44,243 nt of DNA from Myxococcota bacterium (GTDB taxonomy: Bacteria > Myxococcota > Myxococcia > Myxococcales > Myxococcaceae), in the NCBI GenBank assembly GCA_049322255.1, contig JBMORE010000194.1:1-44243 (forward strand), written 5' to 3'. This document shows, one piece after another, positions 1 to 8,630 of the stretch. The notes under the pieces are model-generated. The model was not told the DNA's origin, did no database searches, and saw only the letters and a list, made by a program, of their open reading frames with translations. Position 1 is the stretch's first letter; each line of letters starts with the position of its first letter. A program made the translations under genes and the position numbers.

Positions 1-329
1 CCGAATCCGCCCCGGGGCGGATGACTCCTCGCGCCCATCGGCGCACGCGCCACCGCCATCTACTGCCATCAGCCAACAGCAACTGCTGTAACGGCGTTCG
101 TCCGAGCCCAGCGGGCCGCACGTGCGGCTCGTGGCAGGCGGCGGCCTGCTCGTGCTCGCGATTCTGCTGTCCACGGCAGGAGCGATCCTCGGGAGCGGCG
201 TACCGAGCCCCGTGCCAGCCTCAGACCCGTGAGGGGGCGAGGAGGCGAGCTCGGGCGCCCGGGGCGAGAGGTCGTCCTTTACTGACTTGCTGTTGCTTGG
301 CCCCCGAGCGGTAGACTTCAGCCGTCTCC

Positions 330-1745
330 GTGAACGGTACACCTCGTCTCTCAGAATGTGAGTCGCTCGGACTGATCGGGCCTCGACAGGCTCGGCCTGA
401 ACGGTTCCGCTCGCCCCAAGTGCCGTCGAGGGGCCGAGGCTCATTTCGAGAGAGCCCCGCTGTAGCCCTCATCCTCGCGCTCGTGGTGGCCGCGGGCTGC
501 ACTCCGCCTCCGTGCCGGTCTGGGGTGTTGCCGCCGGTCACCGCTGACGCCGGCCAAGTGGTGCTCGATGCGCCCACCCTCACCGTCGTCACTCCAATTT
601 CCACCTCGGGCTGTGGACAGCGGCCAGAGACGGTGGGCATCCAGGTATTCGACCCTCTCAACCAGAACGCTCCCGCCACGGCCCGCGTGCTGCCGGGGAA
701 CAACCCTCCCTTCGCGGCGGAGGTGAGCTTCGAGTCGCGCGGCCCGGGCTGGTACCACCTGGCCTTGCGCCTCGAAGACGGCTCGCTCTTTCAGGACGAC
801 GTCCTGGTGGTGGCCCAGGCACCCGACGCCTCCGTCTTCCTCTCCAGCTCCTGCGAGGTGCTGCAACGGACCTCCACCGGGGCGTTGGCGTGTGACCGCA
901 CCCTGGAGCGGCAGGACGGGGGAAACAGCCTGCTGAGCTCCATTCCGGTGGTGGCAGGCGATGTGCTGTGGACGGTGTCCTTCGCGAAGCTGCAACGGTA
1001 CGTGGATGACGGCCAGCAGTTGGTGGAAACGAGCGACGGCGGAGTGACCGCTTTCGCAGGTGCCCTCGAGCAGGCGGTGGCGACCTCCGACGACTTCGCG
1101 CACGTCGCGCATGCGAGCAACACCGGCCGGGTGGAGCGCTTCGTCTTCTCCAATGCACGGCTCTCCCCTCAGGGGGCCGCGTTGATGAGTTTCCCCGTGG
1201 GAGGAGCGGAGCAATTGTTCGCCCTACGCCGGGGCGACCACTTGTTCGTGGCGGTGAAGACTGAGGAGCCAAGCGACGCCGGGTTCGGAGCGGTGGTGCT
1301 GAAAACGCGGAACAGAGTTTGTCCGTTCCTCCTTGGTGACGCCGGAATAAGCCTCACCGCCAACGACTGCCAGTCCTTGGCGGGAGAGCCCGCCGGCGTC
1401 GATGAAGCCGGGCTGTGGGTGTTGGAGGAGCAGACTTTGCGCATCTACGACCGACGGCCAGGCACCCCCGAGCTGGGCACGGTGGCCTCCACCAACCTGC
1501 CGCCGCGTACCGCCCTGCTGCCTCGAATACCGCGCAACGAGCTGGCCTCCTTCGTCGTGCTCGCCGCGCCCCGCCCGCGCTTCCTTCTCCCAGGTAGCCC
1601 CCAGCGCTGGGTGGTGCCCCGCTTGGTGGGGAAGGAGATTGTCTTCACCGCCTATCCCGTTCCGCCCCAGTTCTCTTTCGGCGGTGCTTCGGGCGACCTG
1701 GTGTGGATGAAGGGGCCCTTGGTCACCTGGGGGTATGTGCTGTGA
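330..1745 (+). CDS. Hypothetical lipoprotein (beta-rich, possibly propeller-like); true start may be GTG at 420
   Basis: Hydrophobic stretch with lipobox ALILALVVAAG-C. Stop TGA (1743-1745) overlaps the GTG of the next gene (GTGA). Confidence 0.65.
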   Translation: MNGTPRLSECESLGLIGPRQARPERFRSPQVPSRGRGSFRESPAVALILALVVAAGCTPPPCRSGVLPPVTADAGQVVLDAPTLTVVTPISTSGCGQRPETVGIQVFDPLNQNAPATARVLPGNNPPFAAEVSFESRGPGWYHLALRLEDGSLFQDDVLVVAQAPDASVFLSSSCEVLQRTSTGALACDRTLERQDGGNSLLSSIPVVAGDVLWTVSFAKLQRYVDDGQQLVETSDGGVTAFAGALEQAVATSDDFAHVAHASNTGRVERFVFSNARLSPQGAALMSFPVGGAEQLFALRRGDHLFVAVKTEEPSDAGFGAVVLKTRNRVCPFLLGDAGISLTANDCQSLAGEPAGVDEAGLWVLEEQTLRIYDRRPGTPELGTVASTNLPPRTALLPRIPRNELASFVVLAAPRPRFLLPGSPQRWVVPRLVGKEIVFTAYPVPPQFSFGGASGDLVWMKGPLVTWGYVL

Positions 1746-3025
1746 GACCGCAGCTGGCGGCGCTGTGTCTTTTTCTGCCGATGGTCGCCGCGGGCCAGGC
1801 CTTCACCCCGGACAAGAAGCTGCTCCTCTCCGAGGGTGTCTTACGCGGCAGTCCCCGCTTGATGGGCATCGCCGGGGCCTTCGTGGGAGTGGCCGAGGGC
1901 GCGGAAGGCATCACCCGCAACCCGGCGGCGGCGGTGAGCAAAGACGCGCACTTCGAGAACGACTTCAACGTCGACTTCGGCGCCGCGCTCCACTTCTTGC
2001 CCCCTTGGGCGGTGCAGGACCAGGACTGGGACTTGGACGGGCGCCCCGACCAGGTGGAGGCGCAGGGCGGCCCGGTGTTCAACTTCCTGGGGACGCAGGT
2101 GCTCTACTTGGCGGCCTCGCTGCAATACAAGAACGTCGCCCTCGGGCTGGGAGTCGACTTCCAGAACTTCCTCGCCAAGACGACCCGCGAAGGCGACCCC
2201 TTCGAGAGTTACTTCAACCTGAACCTGGCTCACGCCTTCGGAGCGTTGGCCTTCTCCCTGTGGGAGGACCAGATTCTTCTGGGCATCGGCGCCGAGAGCA
2301 CCCACGCCTTCTTCATCTACAGCGAGCAGCCGCCCACCCAGAGCCTGCCCAGCCCGAAGGACTCGTTGGGCTACAACGGGTGGGGCATCCAGTTTGGCGG
2401 GCTGTGGCGCCCCAAGAACGAGGACTACCGGGTGGGCTTCTCCTTCCGCCCGGCGGCGGTGGGTTTGCCGACGTCGCAGCGCACGGACATCGCCGGCTAC
2501 GTGCCCTTCTCCGCCATCGTCGCCCCGGCGCGGGTGTCGCTGGGAGCCAGCTGGGCGCTCGGCTCTTCCGGGCGGCACTACAACATCATCGGCCCCGAGG
2601 GCTGGGCGGAGCTGGAGGAGAAGACTCCCGAGGGCGCGCCCACCTACTCGGCGGCGATGACCCGCTGGCTCCTCACCACCCAGCTCGACGTGTACTTTCC
2701 GGTGAAGAACGCGACCTACGCGGGTGCCTTCCTCGAGCAGGCGCGGGGGGCTCCGGCGCTGGCAGCGGGAGAGGTGGTGTCCTTCGTCCCCCGCGCGGCG
2801 GTGGAGAAAGAGGCCGTGGAAGACCGCTTGCGCTTGCGCTTGGGCGGGTACATTGAGCCTCGGCAGGTGGACACGCCCCACGCCAACTGGGTGCGCCCGC
2901 ACGTCACCTTCGGCTTCGAGCTCTACCTCTTCAAGCTCGGCCCCCAGCGCATCAGCTTCGGTCTCTCCTTCGACCTCGCCCGCCAGTACCAGAACCTCTC
3001 GGTGGCCTTCCTCGTCTGGAAATGA
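1742..3025 (+). CDS. Outer-membrane beta-barrel protein, FadL/PorV-like (paralog 1)
   Basis: Signal peptide (VRPQLAALCLFLPMVAAGQA), N-terminal motif GSPRLMGIAGAFVGVAEGAEGITRNPAA, amphipathic beta strands, C-terminus AFLVWK. Confidence 0.7.
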   Translation: MRPQLAALCLFLPMVAAGQAFTPDKKLLLSEGVLRGSPRLMGIAGAFVGVAEGAEGITRNPAAAVSKDAHFENDFNVDFGAALHFLPPWAVQDQDWDLDGRPDQVEAQGGPVFNFLGTQVLYLAASLQYKNVALGLGVDFQNFLAKTTREGDPFESYFNLNLAHAFGALAFSLWEDQILLGIGAESTHAFFIYSEQPPTQSLPSPKDSLGYNGWGIQFGGLWRPKNEDYRVGFSFRPAAVGLPTSQRTDIAGYVPFSAIVAPARVSLGASWALGSSGRHYNIIGPEGWAELEEKTPEGAPTYSAAMTRWLLTTQLDVYFPVKNATYAGAFLEQARGAPALAAGEVVSFVPRAAVEKEAVEDRLRLRLGGYIEPRQVDTPHANWVRPHVTFGFELYLFKLGPQRISFGLSFDLARQYQNLSVAFLVWK

Positions 3026-3026
3026 C

Positions 3027-3329
3027 ATGGCGTACGACCGCACCCTGCTCTCCGAAGAAGAAGTCGCCGCCTTCCTCGCCGCCCATCCCTTCTGGCGCCG
3101 TGAGGGCCAGGAGCTTTGTCGCACCTATGAATTCCCCTCCTTCCCCGAAGGAGTGGCTTTCGTGCAGCGGGTGGCGGAAGTCGCCGAGCGGCACGACCAT
3201 CACCCGGACATCGAGGTGCGCTACCGGAAGGTGACTTTGCGTCTTTGCACCCACGACGCTGGCGGGCTCACCTTTCGCGACCCACAAGTCGCTGACGAAT
3301 GCGACCGGGCTTTCGGGAAGGGCGGATGA
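3027..3329 (+). CDS. phhB: Pterin-4-alpha-carbinolamine dehydratase (4a-hydroxytetrahydrobiopterin dehydratase)
   Basis: About 100 aa with AERHDHHPDI and THDAGGLT motifs. ATG at 3027. Confidence 0.92.
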   Translation: MAYDRTLLSEEEVAAFLAAHPFWRREGQELCRTYEFPSFPEGVAFVQRVAEVAERHDHHPDIEVRYRKVTLRLCTHDAGGLTFRDPQVADECDRAFGKGG

Positions 3330-4570
3330 GAACGCTCATCCTGGCGGCGCTGGTTTGGCCAGCGCTGGCGGCGGCGCAGGAGCTTCGGCCCGAGCGTCTC
3401 TACTTGCCCTCGGGGGTGCTGCTCGGCTCCACCCGGGTGGTGGCGTTGGGAGGCGCCTACGTCGGGGTGGCCGAAGGGGTGAGCGGTTTTGCCTCCAACT
3501 TGGCGGCGCTCGCCCACCGCGCCCCGCATCTGGAGCGCGACTGGGACGTGGGCTTCACCTTCTCCTGGCTCGACCTGCCTTTTGCCAGCCCGAAGAACCG
3601 CGACCTGGACAATGACGGCTTCGCCGACCAGGCGCTGGGCACCCGCCAGCTGCTCACCGGCATCCTCCTCCAGTACAAGCGCTTCGGCATCGGCTGGTAC
3701 ATGCGCTCCAGCAGCCTGGCGTATTGCGCGGTGTCCCTGTTCGATGGCAGCTGCCCCGGCAGCGAGTGGGTGAGCGTGGACGTGGCCAATACCGCGCTGG
3801 CGGCGGCGGTGGCGCTGGGACGCGACGACTTCATCGCCTCCCTGGGTTTGTACGGGGCGGAGGCCTCTTTCAGCCACCATCGAGAGAGCCGGAAGTACAC
3901 CAACACCGGAGTGGAATTCGACGTCCTCTACCGCCCGCACGGCCTGAGCTACCGGCTGGGGGTGAGCGTGAAGCCGTTGGTGGTGGCGCCCTACCGGCCG
4001 CAAGCGGAAGGGGAGCAGCCGATGCTCGCCGGGCGGACGCTGCACGCGGCGGTGGTGTCGCCGGCGGTGCTTTCCTTGGGCGGCTCGCTCAAGCTGGGGG
4101 AGGGGCGGCAGCACTACAACCGCCTCTCCACCGCGGCGCGCCGCGACGTGCGCGATCGCTTCGGGGACAGCTGGGTCCCCCCGGAGGAAGAGCGCGACGT
4201 CCCCGACGGAGACTGGCTTGTGACCGGCCAGCTCGACCTCATCTCCGCGGTGGAGGGAGCGACCCCGCTGGCGAGCTTCACCGACCTCTCCATTGCGAGC
4301 GGGCAGGCGAGCGCTCCCCTCATCGGCAACACGACCTATTTGGTGCCCCGCTTGGGGGTGGAACACCACACGCTTCGCCAACGCCTGCGTACCCGGCTGG
4401 GAAGCTACGTCGAGCCCTCGCCGTACGCGCAGACCTTGCCGCGGCCGCACCTCACCGGGGGCGCCGAGTTGTTCGTCTGGGAGTATTGGGAGAAGTGGGC
4501 TCTCTCCACCTCGTTCGACTTCGCCACCCGCTACTACAACGTCGGTCTCTCGTTGGGGTTTTGGCGCTGA
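3326..4570 (+). CDS. Outer-membrane beta-barrel protein, FadL/PorV-like (paralog 2)
   Basis: ATGA overlap with phhB, signal peptide MRTLILAALVWPALAAA, motif GSTRVVALGGAYVGVAEGVSGFASNLAA, collinear similarity to 1742-3025, C-terminus SLGFWR. Confidence 0.7.
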   Translation: MRTLILAALVWPALAAAQELRPERLYLPSGVLLGSTRVVALGGAYVGVAEGVSGFASNLAALAHRAPHLERDWDVGFTFSWLDLPFASPKNRDLDNDGFADQALGTRQLLTGILLQYKRFGIGWYMRSSSLAYCAVSLFDGSCPGSEWVSVDVANTALAAAVALGRDDFIASLGLYGAEASFSHHRESRKYTNTGVEFDVLYRPHGLSYRLGVSVKPLVVAPYRPQAEGEQPMLAGRTLHAAVVSPAVLSLGGSLKLGEGRQHYNRLSTAARRDVRDRFGDSWVPPEEERDVPDGDWLVTGQLDLISAVEGATPLASFTDLSIASGQASAPLIGNTTYLVPRLGVEHHTLRQRLRTRLGSYVEPSPYAQTLPRPHLTGGAELFVWEYWEKWALSTSFDFATRYYNVGLSLGFWR

Positions 4571-4576
4571 CGGCCT

Positions 4577-5650
4577 TCACCCCGCGCGCAAAAACAGCTC
4601 CAGCTTGCGGTAGGCCTCTGCCAACGCCGGCAAGGAGGCGCTCTCGTATTGTTGGTGCGCCTGGGCGGTTTCGCCTGGGCCGAAGTTCACCGCGTCCACT
4701 CCGAAGGAGGCCAGCCGGGCCACGTCGGTCCACGCTTGCTTGGAGGTGGCGGGCAGCCCGGTGACCGCCAGGAGCTTTTGGAGCAGCGGGTTGTCGTCGC
4801 ACACGCGCCCGCTGGGGGCCAAGTCGGTGAACTCCACCTCGGCCCGGCCGTTCACCCGCGCCCGCACCTCTTCCTGCGCCTCTTCCACCGACTTTCCCGG
4901 AGCAAAGCGGTAGTTCAAGTTGAGCTGGAAGCTCTCGGGCACGACGTTGCGCGCACGGCCTCCGGAGGCCTGGGTGACGCTCATCACCTCGTAGAAGGTG
5001 AAGCCGCCCACCCTCACCTCGCGGCGCGGAAGCGAGAAAAGCTCGGCCAAGAGCGGTCCCGCCTTGTGAATGGCATTCTCTCCCTGCCAGGGGCGCGCCG
5101 AGTGGGCGGCGGCTCCAAAGAAGCGCAAGGTGGCGTGCAAAGAGCCCACACAGCCCAACTGCACCACGTTGTCGGTGGGCTCCATGGCGATGGCGAAGCG
5201 AATGTCCCGCAGGGCCGGCGCCTGCTGAAACAGCGGCCCCAAGCCCGACTCGAGGTAGGGGCCCTCCTCGCGCTCGTAGAAGAGAAGGAGGAGGTTCACC
5301 TGAAGCTTGGGCAAGGGCAGGTCCTCGGCGAGAGCCATCATCACCGCCAGCGCGCCCTTCATGTCCGAGCTGCCCAGCCCGATGAGCCGGTCACCCTCGA
5401 TGCGCGCAGGTTGCGTCCCCGGGTGGGGCGGTACCGTGTCCAGGTGGCCGATGAGGGCCACCGAGGGCCGGCTGTCACCCAGGTGCCCTACCACCAGAGA
5501 GTGCGAGTGGCGGAGCACGTCGACGGCGGCGAAGCGGCCCTTCGCCCAGGTCTCGATGTGGTCGGCGATGGCCTTTTCCTGGCCGATGGGGCTGTCCAGG
5601 CGGCACAGCTCGAGCGCACGCGCGGAAAGGCGAGAAACGAGGTCGGTCAT
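4577..5650 (-). CDS. dapE: Succinyl-diaminopimelate desuccinylase (M20 family)
   Basis: GHLDTVP, GSSDMKG, REE, AHSARPW and WTDVAR...NFGPG...AH motifs. Confidence 0.88.
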   Translation of the reverse strand: MTDLVSRLSARALELCRLDSPIGQEKAIADHIETWAKGRFAAVDVLRHSHSLVVGHLGDSRPSVALIGHLDTVPPHPGTQPARIEGDRLIGLGSSDMKGALAVMMALAEDLPLPKLQVNLLLLFYEREEGPYLESGLGPLFQQAPALRDIRFAIAMEPTDNVVQLGCVGSLHATLRFFGAAAHSARPWQGENAIHKAGPLLAELFSLPRREVRVGGFTFYEVMSVTQASGGRARNVVPESFQLNLNYRFAPGKSVEEAQEEVRARVNGRAEVEFTDLAPSGRVCDDNPLLQKLLAVTGLPATSKQAWTDVARLASFGVDAVNFGPGETAQAHQQYESASLPALAEAYRKLELFLRAG

Positions 5651-5675
5651 CAGGCGAAAGGCACTCTACCAGCCG

Positions 5676-5978
5676 TCAGTGGAGCGGCATCACCTCCTGG
5701 CGTTTGGGGCTTGCGCTCGGTCGGGAGCGGCAGGCGCGGCACCAGGACTGCGGCCGCTCCTTGCCCTGGAGGCGGCGGGTGCCGAACTCGGTGTCCAGGT
5801 GGCCGTGGCGTCCGCAGCGGGGGCAGGTCGCGGTGGCACGGCGACGGTATTCGCTCTGTCTGCCGGCGCGGATGACGATGGCCAGCGCGGCGGCGAATCC
5901 GGGGAGTCTGCGCTCGTGCCGGCGGGGAGAGCCCAGCGGCAGCGACAACTGCATGCTCTCATCTTGGCTCGAGGTCAT
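5676..5978 (-). CDS. Small zinc-ribbon protein (CPRC...WCRAC); start uncertain (5996/5978/5954)
   Basis: Two CxxC pairs in an Arg-rich ORF of about 100 aa, co-oriented with dapE. Confidence 0.55.
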   Translation of the reverse strand: MTSSQDESMQLSLPLGSPRRHERRLPGFAAALAIVIRAGRQSEYRRRATATCPRCGRHGHLDTEFGTRRLQGKERPQSWCRACRSRPSASPKRQEVMPLH

Positions 5979-6100
5979 GGTTCCGTGTTTTACCAAGAGG
6001 GGGTGACACTGAACGCGCGTATCGTTAGGTGGGTTGCAAATAACTGCGCTTGCAGTGAGGGGCCGAAGCGGAGAAAGTCGGCGAAGAGGAGAGGGAACCT

Positions 6101-6586
6101 ATGACTGCGATGCGAGCTGGTTGGTACGCTTTTGTCTGCGCCGCGCTGGTGGCTTGCGGGACTACCCCCAACAACGACCAGGACGCTGGCACCGGCCAGG
6201 ACTCGGGAACGCAGCCTCAGGATGGGGGCGGGCAGGACGCAGGGCCCCTCACGGGTCAAGACGCGGGCCCTGCGGATGCCGGCTCTCAGGACGCGGGCGG
6301 AGTCGACGCTGGGCCCGGTCAGGATGCGGGAAATGGTCAGGACGCCGGGACCGCTTCGGATGCAGGGAGCGGTCAAGACGCAGGCGTTTCAGCGGCCTGC
6401 CAGACCTACTGCTCCTGCATGAGCACGAACTGCCCCAACCAGAGCCCCGCGGGAACCAACTGCCTGTCGGCCTGCGCGAGCCAGACCACTTGGAACCTGA
6501 CCTGCCGCACCACTCACTGCACCAACGCGGCGGCTGATCCGACGACGCACTGCCCGCACGCCGGCGGCGTCGCTGTCTGCCAATAG
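6101..6586 (+). CDS. Lipoprotein with D[A/S/G]G repeat linker and 10-Cys C-terminal domain
   Basis: Purine-rich RBS, lipobox ALVA-C, about 12 DxG units, Cys-rich C-terminus. Confidence 0.85.
   Translation: MTAMRAGWYAFVCAALVACGTTPNNDQDAGTGQDSGTQPQDGGGQDAGPLTGQDAGPADAGSQDAGGVDAGPGQDAGNGQDAGTASDAGSGQDAGVSAACQTYCSCMSTNCPNQSPAGTNCLSACASQTTWNLTCRTTHCTNAAADPTTHCPHAGGVAVCQ
6178..6386 (+). repeat. Coding tandem repeats (Q)DAG
   Basis: Repeated caggacgc/caggatgc/caagacgc units encoding QDAG. Confidence 0.8.
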
Positions 6587-6603
6587 GGTTGTCCTCGAGG
6601 GTT

Positions 6604-7569
6604 TTAGGAAATCCTCTTGGACAGGGCGCCCTCGAGCAGCGCCAAGAGCTCCTCTTTGGAGAAGCCCTTGAGCACCGCCTCGTCGGCGCCGAGGTCGAGC
6701 GCGCAGCGGGCCTTCTCGGGGTCGGATCCGGTGACGATGACGACCGGAATTCCGCGCGCGCGGGTGGCTTCGCGAACCTGAAGAAGCACGTCAAAGCCGT
6801 CCATTCCCGGCATCATCAGGTCGAGGAGGACGAGGTCGAGCGCTGCGAGGTGCTCGTTGATTGACTGAAGCGCCTGCGCGCCGTTGCTCGCTTCACGTAC
6901 CTCGAAGCCCTGGCCTATCAACAGGTCGCAGAGCATTTGCCGTGAGAGCGCGTCGTCATCGGCCACCAGCGCGTGTTTGCCGGAGCGGGCCCGAATGGAC
7001 GCGATGAGCTGATCGAGGCGCTCCTGAAGTTGGGGAGTGACGTCGACGAATTCGACGCCCATGCCCCGTGCGCCGGTCACCTGGTCGGTGCCGATCCAAG
7101 CGATGCGGGCGCGTACCTCCGCGGGCGTGGTGCTCTGGGGCAACCGGAGCCGCAGGAGCACTTGCGTGCCGACAGGAGGAGGACGGTCGGTCGCGACGAA
7201 GACACCGTGCCGGCTGACGTTGCGTGCGTACTCGGCGCGCGCGTTCCCCTCGAGGCTGACTTCGAAAACCGTGGGGTACCTGGGTTCGGCGCGGGGAAGG
7301 CCACCCTTGAGTTGCCTGAAGATGTCTTCCAGCGCGCGCCGCTCGGTGAGCCCTAAGTCGACGCGCAGCTGGCAGTAGTTGCCCCCCGCCCGCTGGACTT
7401 TTCCGCGGAGGAGGAGGGAGGGAAAGTCGGCGATGGTGAGCGAGATGGCGGTCGCCGTCCCCGCGCTGGGCACGCCGTCGATCCGGAGGTCGAGAAGGCG
7501 GGTGGTGGACAGGCGCCCGTATTGCGCGATGAAGGTCTCGGCGCTCAGCTGGACAGAAAGGGGTTCCAT
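6604..7569 (-). CDS. PilZ-domain (TIGR02266-like) response regulator with C-terminal receiver
   Basis: RAEPR (RxxxR) and NVSRHG PilZ motifs, GMGVEF, and receiver motifs ADDD...LLDLMMPGMDG...VT...K. Start MEPLSV at 7569. Confidence 0.85.
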   Translation of the reverse strand: MEPLSVQLSAETFIAQYGRLSTTRLLDLRIDGVPSAGTATAISLTIADFPSLLLRGKVQRAGGNYCQLRVDLGLTERRALEDIFRQLKGGLPRAEPRYPTVFEVSLEGNARAEYARNVSRHGVFVATDRPPPVGTQVLLRLRLPQSTTPAEVRARIAWIGTDQVTGARGMGVEFVDVTPQLQERLDQLIASIRARSGKHALVADDDALSRQMLCDLLIGQGFEVREASNGAQALQSINEHLAALDLVLLDLMMPGMDGFDVLLQVREATRARGIPVVIVTGSDPEKARCALDLGADEAVLKGFSKEELLALLEGALSKRIS

Positions 7570-7719
7570 TTCACGTACCCAACGGCGCCCACAGTATACG
7601 CGGCCCCGAGAGGAGCAGGGCGCGTATGTCGGTGCGCCCCCAGAGCGCCTCGCTCGGCGAGAAGCGCGGTGATATGGGCAAAGCGCGTGGGCACCCTGGC
7701 GCAGAGGCGGCGGCCGCCG

Positions 7720-8589
7720 ATGACGCGGCCACTCATCACCTTTGCGGTGTCGCTCGTCACTGCCGGTGGGCTGGCGATGGTGGTTTACCTCGCCGGCACG
7801 TCGATTCCCTTCCTCGCCACCTCTCCCACCACTGACCCACTCTTCGGAGAGCTCAACCAGTGTCTGCTCGATGCGCTGGGTGAGCCGCGGGTGGGGTTTG
7901 CGCTCTCGGCAGACGGGGGGCGGGCAGCGAGCTACGGCGGCTCGCGGATTTGCGTATGTGCGAAGACAGAGAGCGGGCGTGCCCAGCGCGTCTTCGAACG
8001 AGCCTTCCCCTCGGTGACCTCGGCGGCCTTCGACTTCTCCGGCACCCTGTGGCTTGCCACTCAGCGCCAACCCGATGCCGAGCCCGAGCTGTGGCGCCTG
8101 GCGCCCGCAGAACGGGGGCCCTCTCGCGTGGGCGACTTCGCTCCGGTGGCGCTCGCCGGGCACGCGCGCGGAGTGGCTGCGCTCGACGCCCAAGGACGAC
8201 TGGTGTCTCTTGCCGCCGATGGCTCGGCCTTGGGTTATGCCGCCTTGCGTGCGGCTCCGGTGGGGGGCGTGCAGTTGGCCGTCAACGCCGATGGCAGCCT
8301 CCTTTCCGTGGTGGCGGGCACGGGGCTGTTCGTCTACCGCGCGGCCGACTTGGTTGCGCTCCTGGCCGAGGGCCCTTGCGACGTCGAGTACCTGTGGTGG
8401 CGCATCGAGCCCACGCGGGCGGTGGTGCAGTGTGGGCCCCAGGGAAGCTGGGCGCTCGAGCTGCGGGTGACCACCGGAGAGAAGGACGCTGCCACCCAGC
8501 GTGAACGCACCCGCTCGGCGCTGGCGCAGAAGTTGGGTGCTTACGTCCAGGCGTGCGATCTGCTCCCCTGCAGCGCCCCCCCGCCGTGA
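7720..8589 (+). CDS. Membrane-anchored hypothetical protein (beta-propeller-like repeats)
   Basis: N-terminal TM helix from ATG 7720; SADG/AADG/NADG turn motifs. Confidence 0.65.
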   Translation: MTRPLITFAVSLVTAGGLAMVVYLAGTSIPFLATSPTTDPLFGELNQCLLDALGEPRVGFALSADGGRAASYGGSRICVCAKTESGRAQRVFERAFPSVTSAAFDFSGTLWLATQRQPDAEPELWRLAPAERGPSRVGDFAPVALAGHARGVAALDAQGRLVSLAADGSALGYAALRAAPVGGVQLAVNADGSLLSVVAGTGLFVYRAADLVALLAEGPCDVEYLWWRIEPTRAVVQCGPQGSWALELRVTTGEKDAATQRERTRSALAQKLGAYVQACDLLPCSAPPP

Positions 8590-8595
8590 GTCGGG

Positions 8596-8624
8596 TTGAA
8601 AGGGCGCGCATGCCCTCCTATCCT
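8596..8624 (+). promoter_or_regulatory. Sigma70-type promoter of hrcA (TTGAAA-N17-TATCCT), probably leaderless
   Basis: -35 at 8596-8601 and -10 at 8619-8624; the GTG start lies 6 nt downstream with no SD. Confidence 0.55.
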
Positions 8625-8630
8625 TTCGCA

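Noticed and set aside
6178..6386. CRISPR-like repeat array (also 41713-42024)
   Set aside because: Repeats are degenerate at third codon positions, in frame within proteins, and there are no cas genes.
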